A stretch of 64,000 bases of DNA from Eledone cirrhosa (taxonomy: Eukaryota). Made by a program: the position numbers and the translations under genes. This document shows, piece after piece, positions 56,617 through 64,000 of this stretch (positions are counted from its first letter, which is position 1; each line of letters starts with the position of its first letter). Below the pieces are notes generated by a model that made no database searches, was not told the origin of the DNA, and saw only the letters and a list, made by a program, of their open reading frames with translations. The stretch is from positions 64,356,001 to 64,420,000 of the forward strand of contig OZ024740.1 of assembly GCA_964016885.1 (NCBI GenBank). Direction: 5' to 3'.

Positions 56617-57392
56617 TCTGTTAGACACGCAGTGACTAACAACAGAATGTTTTAAGTCTGCGTGTCTGACATATATGCGTAGCTTATGAATAAAAAATTC
56701 AAGGGGTGTCGCTGGCCGTGGTGATCGCTGCCAAACATATTTTGTAATGTATCGTCTTATTGGTTAATTTCATCGTCTTATTGACTAATCAACGAACGAG
56801 AGTCATTGTTGCTGAAAAGCATCCGCCATTTTGTTTGCACATTTATTTATCGTTTCGCTTTCGAATCTTCCTCCTGCATTTCGTCGTTTTATCATCAAAA
56901 TATTTTTCTCATTTTGGTAAGTTATATTGTTAATTTATATATGATTTTTTAAAATTTATATTAACTATTTTTTTTTGAGTTCGTTATAACATGCTTATGT
57001 TATTGGTTGTATCATATTTACTTGTATATTTGTCGATATTATTGTTCATTTTAAGTTAGATTATTTTATTATTATTATGTTAGGTTATTTTTTTATTATT
57101 ATGTTAGACTATTTGTATGTAATATTTATTTTTTATTAATTAAACTATAACAATTATTATGTAAAATATATTTATTTAATATTGATTGTTTTTTGTAGTT
57201 GTTTATATTAAAAGTCTGAAAATATTTTTATACATCTTACAATAATATTTATAAGATCATTTATAAAATAACAATTATATAATCTAATTACATTACAACG
57301 ATAATTTATTATTAATATATATCATGTTTAACTAGAGTTATTACAAGCGTTGCCTTAAAAAATATTAAACTAGACCTGAAAAATGCGCAAGC
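56617..57392 (+). repeat. Unclassified dispersed repeat starting with hairpin agacacgcag...ctgcgtgtct
   Basis: Second, inverted copy at 34369-38706. Confidence 0.8.
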
Positions 57393-57816
57393 TCAAAAGA
57401 GCCACAGAATGTTATAATAAACCTTCAAAAATGTGGGACTAGAGTTGTTGCTCAAACACATTGTAATCATTATCTATCGTACACTCTGTGGCATCCTTTT
57501 ATAAAAAAGAGCCTCATAATCAACTCAAGACGACACGATAATTATTTAAGTGAATTTATAATATAGAATTCAGTTTAAGTGCATTTCGTATTATTCATTA
57601 CTAAACATCTAATATGAGATATTGAACATTAGCTTAAATAATTATCGTGTCGTCTTGAGTTCGTTATGAGTCTCTTTTTTTATAAAAGGATGCCACAGAG
57701 TGTACGATAGATAATGATTACAATATTTTTGAGCAACAACTACTCTAGTCCCACACTTTTGAAGGTTTATTATAACAGTCTGTGGCTCTTTTGAGCTTGG
57801 TCATTTTTCAGGTCTA
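57371..57816. mobile_element. MITE-like foldback with ~180-bp arms and TAGACC...GGTCTA termini
   Basis: Arms 57371-57550 and ~57633-57816 are highly similar. Confidence 0.85.
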
Positions 57817-58259
57817 ATAATATATTGAAACTATTTGTTAATAATTTATCATTTTTATAATAATTATCTCTGTTGTATTATTGTGACTATAATATTTATT
57901 GAATTTAATTAACTTAAAAAAAGCGTTAATCCCAATGTCCTTTAGTAACAATTATTCAAGATAAATAATTAAAATTTAAGTACTTTGCAAATATGTCCGT
58001 TTAAATTTGCACGGGAAATAATCATTAAGCTTCGAATATCACACACTTGATTTATATAATTATTTTTCATTTTAAATTCATTATTCCTAATAATAATTTA
58101 CTAACAAATATTTTTTGCCGAGTTGTGTAATATACCGTATCCTATTACGAGCACCAGTAAATCTTCTATAAACTAGCTCTAATTAAACTGATTAATAATC
58201 ATCAGTTTTGTATATTATTAAATCATTTTTGTGCATCAGCTGGCTTTGGCTTGAAAGTG

Positions 58260-58870
58260 TGAACATAACATTTAAGAAACACCTAGTTAAATGCAAAAAC
58301 AGCGACAAAACCATAACAGTTAGAATAGAAACTAAGGAAAGAAACCTCGGCAATCTTAGAATTAAGGAAGCACTAATTATAGACAAAACACAACCACCAA
58401 TCAATAATAGACTAGAACTCAACACCCAATTTATAACTTGATAGAGCTTTTAGCCCCATATTTACACTCCCCCCACACACGCACAGACACACGCACGCAC
58501 ACACGCTTACACCTCCACTTATTCTCTCACACACACACACATACACACACAAAGACCAGTTCTAACACGAGATAACATCTATCCCCCACATTTACGTATA
58601 GACATATCTTCTCACACTCACACACACACACTCACATACTTACACCTTCATGCATTCTCCCACACACTTAAACAGGCATGTACAAAAAAAACCTTTAAAG
58701 GGAGACTACTCTGTATCCACCTAACCTTAACTCTTTGACATTAGAGATAGAACATACTCTATACCATTTCCTGTCAGCATGACTTGGCAAGCTATTTAGA
58801 ACACCGAAGAAGAGATATCTCGAAAATTAAGGACATTTAAATAAATCTAAGGTAAAAGACTAATTGTCAA
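58260..58870 (+). mobile_element. PLE GIY-YIG C-terminal fragment plus 3' UTR
   Basis: FKKHLVKC...ERNLGNLRIKEALII...PINNR is homologous to the 26222 ORF; hammerhead-like ccgaaga-a-gaga ta tctc-GAAA at 58804-58825. Confidence 0.65.
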
Positions 58871-59773
58871 CAATATCTTTTGCATTTGCATTCTTTATTC
58901 TATGTCCATACCGGCATTGTTTTGGCTTTATTATACATATACAAACGTTTATAACAGTTATATATTTCATTAACCTAATTGAGGATTATTTCCTTTTTTA
59001 TATAAATGTAAGAATATAATTTTGCTAGCACTAAATTTTACGTAACATGCGGCCTGATTGTCACTTAAATTTTAATGAAGCTAGCATTATTCCATAGATG
59101 TTTAATAAATTGAAATTTATGATAGATATATTTTAATAGAAATTGTATTATATATATTCATATATAAGATTTATTTAGTACATCTTATTTGGTAAATAAG
59201 GTATAGATTTTCTAATTTTCGTTTTCACTTTCTCTCATGTTGATATTAAACACTGTATTTACAGCGTTTGTGTTATTAGTATGGTGTGGGTTGTTGTTTA
59301 TCATATATTATGCGATTGTCGTTATAGTGGGTGTTGCACCAGTGTAAAGGCAACGATTTGTTGATCATATCAGTTTTCTGTGACAAAGAAAATATAATAG
59401 ATAACCCTTGAATGAAAGATCGGATTGTAATATATAAATATATTAATGATACTGGTATATCTTATTAGTTGAACTTGAGCAAGATTTATAATTTCTTTGT
59501 TTTTTTTTCTTTTGTTTACTTTTGCAGAATTATGTATTGGAAGAATGTAATGATATAATTTTTTAGTTTGCTGATTGTGGTCTTATTATTCATGTTTTTG
59601 GCATCAGCCCCTTTATACTGCTTATCAGATTTACTTATATGAAAAACCCATGCATATCTAATTTTATAGATTATACCAGCCGAAAAAAAAATGTTCTTAT
59701 GTTGCTGATATTATACAAAGATTATCGAAATATTATCGAGGAAACTCAACATTTATGTGAGTATTTACCTTAA

Positions 59774-59820
<47 letters not shown>

Positions 59821-60379
59821 GGAGCCTCGTCTGTCTTAAACATGTGAGGGGGACAAACCAACATTTGTTGATTTTTAAAGGAGAATGATAGTATTGTTTA
59901 TGGTGGCTTTCCCGGACCCTATCACATAGGTAAAATTTTACGCTAATTAAATTTTATATATTTAAATGAAGTTCGGATATAAAAGAAAATAAGCTTAGAA
60001 AGAACTTATTATATCAAATAAACAAAAAATAAAACATAGATGTTTGAAAAAGTGTGGTGAGGGACTTGTCCACTGGTACGCCCTGAAACAAGGCCCTTGT
60101 ATATGTATATATGTATATATATATATGTATATATATGTATATATATATATATATGTAATAGAATGAAACGAAATTTCATTTCTCACTCTTAGTACGGCAC
60201 TTACTTAAATGTAAGCATATATTTTCAGACGTTCAACCATCTGGCAGGAAGGTATACGATGCTGATGATAGCTAAAACGACCATTATAATAAATGTTCGG
60301 TAAACCGATACGTGCATATATATATGTGTGCATGTGTGTATATATATACATACTACTGTACGCCTGTATGCATATATGT

Positions 60380-60780
60380 AGGATTTATGATTACAAAGAG
60401 CAAATAAATCTGTACGTCTATTGATTATAGAGTTGAAATTCGAGATAATGGTAAATTTTTCAGCTAGACATAAATTACAATCACTAGATATGGAAGCATT
60501 GGAGTATGGAGAAGTGTTGCAGATTTTACGCCAAGAAATTTCGTAATTAATGTTTTTGTCATTTAAGGACCAAATAAGTTCTGAGAGTGGATATTTAAAT
60601 GTAGAAGAATGATTATAGAGTCTTGCTTTAAAAGATGTAGAAGTAGAGCTAATGTAGGTATAGGTATTGGTACTAGTTACCACTTTACATTCGTATATTA
60701 GGTTTTTATCGAGACAGAAATTACTAAGAAGACAATTAGTTCTAATACGGCAGTTGCATTTACGATTTAGATTATTAACA
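60380..60780 (-). pseudogene. Neptune-type PLE GIY-YIG fragment
   Basis: CNCRIRTNCLL...NLIYECKV...YISST...FKARLYNH...CNLCLAEK...CNH. Confidence 0.75.
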
Positions 60781-61044
60781 GAGTTATTTGCAAGTTACTG
60801 ACAAGGAACTCAATGATGGCGGACTGGTTGAGGTCAAACAGTATTAGTCAGATTGATACATCTCCAGCAATGAATCTATCTGGCGGATTTTTGGATTTGA
60901 TATCCACCAACACCACCCAACCTCGCAGTCCATCTAGAAAAGGGACAGAGAGTGTATTTAACTGTGACCACTGCTCATCAGTTGACACAAGCACCACCTG
61001 CTAGAAGCTGCAACCATGTCAGGAGAATTTGCTGATGACAATTG

Positions 61045-61400
61045 ATTCATTCTCAGAATACCTCTGAAGACAACTGATTTGCTATTTGAATTTCAAAGAC
61101 TTCAATTTCGTATCAGACTCAGTTTTGCCATGACCATCAATAAATCTCAAGGGCAATCATTGAAAGTCTCTCTTATCCTTTCTCTCTCATACCCTCTGTT
61201 TTTCTCTTATCCCCACTCTCTCTTTCTCTACAGAATGAAGAACAAAACAACAAATAAGTTGTTGCCTCGTTTTGGCAGATCCTGTCTTTTTACATGGTCA
61301 ACTCTATGTTGGTACAAAGGTTGGAAACCCTGATTGTTTCATCATTGTAGCACCACAGGGCAAAACCAAGAATATTGTTTATCCAGAGGCTTTGGAATGA
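61045..61400 (+). pseudogene. Helitron RepHel PIF1-helicase C-terminus, interrupted by a ~90-bp insertion
   Basis: RIPL...FEFQRLQFRIRLSFAMTINKSQGQSL; HGQLYV; KTKNIVYPEAL*. Confidence 0.85.
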
Positions 61401-61720
61401 GCAATATCGTAATTCCTCCTTCAATGACAGTCATATAGTTTATAAGGAATTCTGAACTTGCAACTTTACTACATAGTGTTTCTTTGGAAAAACATACAGA
61501 CATTCCTGGGTACCTCTGCTATATACAGTAGTATAAGTGAGATCCTTTTATGGTACCAAGCTTCACCTGTTAGAAATAGCAGCCAAATTTCTTTCAAATT
61601 TCTTTCCAAGTCTACTGTCTCATGTATGTATATATGTATGAAGCAAAAAGAAAAGGTTGCATGTGACACCTTGATCTACTAGAAATATTAGCAAAATCCA
61701 TTTTAAATCACAGCGAACAG

Positions 61721-61759
<39 letters not shown>

Positions 61760-61804
61760 CATGTGTATGTAAGTATATATATATATATGGTATCCAATGG
61801 TATC

Positions 61805-62136
61805 CAATGGTATCCAATGATGTTGACTTGTTCTTCTTTTTGGTAAATATCATCTTGGTTAAGAGAGTGGGACTGGCTTTGTGCAGTGCCTTTGCTCACT
61901 ATAAAAGCTTCACGGCACAGGCATTGCTTTATATCTGGAGATATCTCTGCACTTGTCATCACATGTACCATGGGCCCAGCACTATATGTCAATAATGGTC
62001 ACAAGTGGGGTGTTTGTGCCAGAGTTTTCAAGTCGCTGGCTGGACTAAAAAGTCACACTCGTTCAGCGCATCGGTAAGGGTTCTCCTACATGGATATAAA
62101 GTAGTGGCCGTACTCGAAAACGAGTTGGCAGCCACC

Positions 62137-62137
<1 letters not shown>
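61805..62137 (+). mobile_element. Second copy of the RTE-tailed ~335-bp repeat
   Basis: Reverse complement of 29791-30122. Confidence 0.7.
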
Positions 62138-62208
<71 letters not shown>

Positions 62209-62319
62209 AAGCCATTATAACTGTTGGTGTACCTAAAAAAAAAAATAAAAAAAAATATCCCTCAAATAAGATCTTAATGCAATAGAGGTAAAGTTGGTGA
62301 AAACTACAGTGTACAATTT

Positions 62320-62520
62320 TTAATTTTCCCAGGCTCTGCCGCACTTTGGGCCAAGGAGGGTAAACTCTCCAAATATCGGTCACTCTCGGACAGGTTTGTT
62401 GTTGAGCCCATAGCAATGGGGACTTCTGGTGTCCTTGGCTTTAGTGTTACTTCCCAACTCACCATCAACGGCACAGAGCTGGCTACCCGCAGGGGTGAGC
62501 CTCGCAAGCCGGAATGGATT
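62320..62520 (-). pseudogene. CRE-like endonuclease fragment
   Basis: Similar to 45930-46110 (e.g. cactctcggacaggttt, acttctggtgtcct). Confidence 0.55.
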
Positions 62521-63115
62521 TTCTAGCGCGTCTCCCTCACCATCCTCTATTCCGACCGCTGGGGCTGCTGAGCGGCCAGCGTGTGGGCCCCTATTTGCTC
62601 ATAATTGTGAGTGATGGGGAGATCGGGAGAGATGGAGGCAGTGGGAGTTTGGTTCCTGGTGTATATGTATATATTTACCACACTTACACACATTTAAATA
62701 AACTTTCCTGTGTTACAGAAATGAGTAACTAAATTCTTCATTCATTCATAAACTAATGGTAAATTTATTTTTTAATTTTATTTCATTTATTCTTTTTAAA
62801 ATAGCCTTCACATTTTGTTTGAATTTCAGAGGTTCTGATTGTGAAAAAAAAAAAAAAGGATAATTAAAATCTAAATTTATTTTGTTGCTCATGCCCTTTT
62901 TACTGACAACATGCCTAATGATTCTTCCAAGTGCGAAGCATTATATATGTTGACTATAATAGGGAGCAGTATTAAAAAAAAAAATCACCATTGGACAAAA
63001 CTAATAATATTTTTATCTACATGATTTGCTTTAAACAAACGGCAATAAATATTCTGCTATAATTTCTTATTTAGTTAAAATTCAGCAAATTCAATGATTG
63101 TAATATTTAATAAAA

Positions 63116-63145
63116 TACCCGGGAATCACTGGGTAGCTCAGCTAG
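63116..63145 (+). mobile_element. Helitron 3' terminus (hairpin plus CTAG)
   Basis: tacccgg-gaatca-ctgggta gctcag CTAG|t. Confidence 0.7.
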
Positions 63146-63738
63146 TATATATATGTAGATACGTATATATGAATTGTTTGGGCTTTGAAGTGGATTTCGA
63201 AAGCATTTTGTCAATATAGTAATTTTAGATGATTGAAAAGTCAAACAATGCGTTTAAAAATTAAACTTAGTGTTTGATTTATAAGTGTTACTTTGAACGT
63301 GTCTGGTTGTTAAGCGCATGATCCTGGCTATGCCATACTGTCTGTGCCAGTTCCGTCACTAAAGTTTCGAAAGAAGAATTTTACTAAGGGTTTTGCTTCA
63401 GGTAAAACCTGTTCAGCGTTAAAAAGTTCCTGCGTGATAAATAAACAAAACAACCTTATATTCACTAAAGAGAGTTTTCAGACTGCAAAATCTACGAAGA
63501 AAGCACTCCGTTTAATATTTATACGTTTTGTTTGGCTCTCTTCCCATCATTTTAAAACTTAAATATATATATAAATATTTGTATAGCGTCATGAAGTAAT
63601 TAAAAGCGTTTTGAATAAACATATGGTTTCATACAAAAATAGTAATTAGATTTTTAAATTCTTATTACCGCTTCAATATACGAAATAATGTTATTCATGT
63701 TTGTTTTTTGTGTTTAATTTCTGCGAACGTCTCAAGGG

Positions 63739-63821
<83 letters not shown>

Positions 63822-63907
63822 CATACATATATATATATATTTATCTAAAGACATTTTTTCCAATTCCATCCCGCCCGTCCTCTCAATCTATTTTATTTCT
63901 CATTCTT

Positions 63908-63943
63908 TTTTCTGATGAAGGACTAGCTCTCCGAAACGTTAAG
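63908..63943 (+). ncRNA. Minimal canonical-core hammerhead in PLE-type pseudo-LTR
   Basis: ttt-CTGATGA-a-gga ctagctc tcc-GAAA-cg-TT-aag; palindromic stem III aacgtt. Confidence 0.65.
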
Positions 63944-64000
63944 TCCCTCTTCCTGCTATATCAAGCGTTAACCTAATATATACTGCACCGATTGTGTTTT

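Noticed and set aside
61167-61232. Intron in the Helitron helicase
   Set aside because: Splicing gt...tacag leaves extra non-homologous bases before the frame resumes; an insertion is more likely.

Overview
This is AT-rich, microsatellite-dense eukaryotic DNA with (TA)n, (CA)n and (GA)n runs. It is most likely from an octopod cephalopod, inferred from the abundant tRNA-derived Deu/Nin-domain SINE and the repeat content. No intact host protein-coding gene is visible, and most ORFs in the track are translated microsatellites. The window is a transposable-element graveyard. It holds Penelope-like elements (PLEs, RT plus C-terminal GIY-YIG), CR1 and RTE LINE fragments, CRE-type endonuclease fragments, Helitron remnants, about 10 SINEs, a 3.76-kb hAT-like DNA transposon with ~300-bp TIRs and a 7-bp TSD, and many foldbacks. 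Two signals stand out. (1) Type I hammerhead ribozymes in PLE-type pseudo-LTRs: four families with unrelated stems all carry the compensatory U3:A8 core (UUGANAA) in place of the canonical C3:G8 core (CUGANGA), and one 285-bp palindrome has a hammerhead on each strand. (2) A (TA)n-embedded PLE family, present about 8 times, whose copies are inverted and reuse two fixed endpoints (...CCTAT and ...GTTA), which suggests programmed twin-priming integration. All alignments were done by eye and coordinates are approximate to a few bases.
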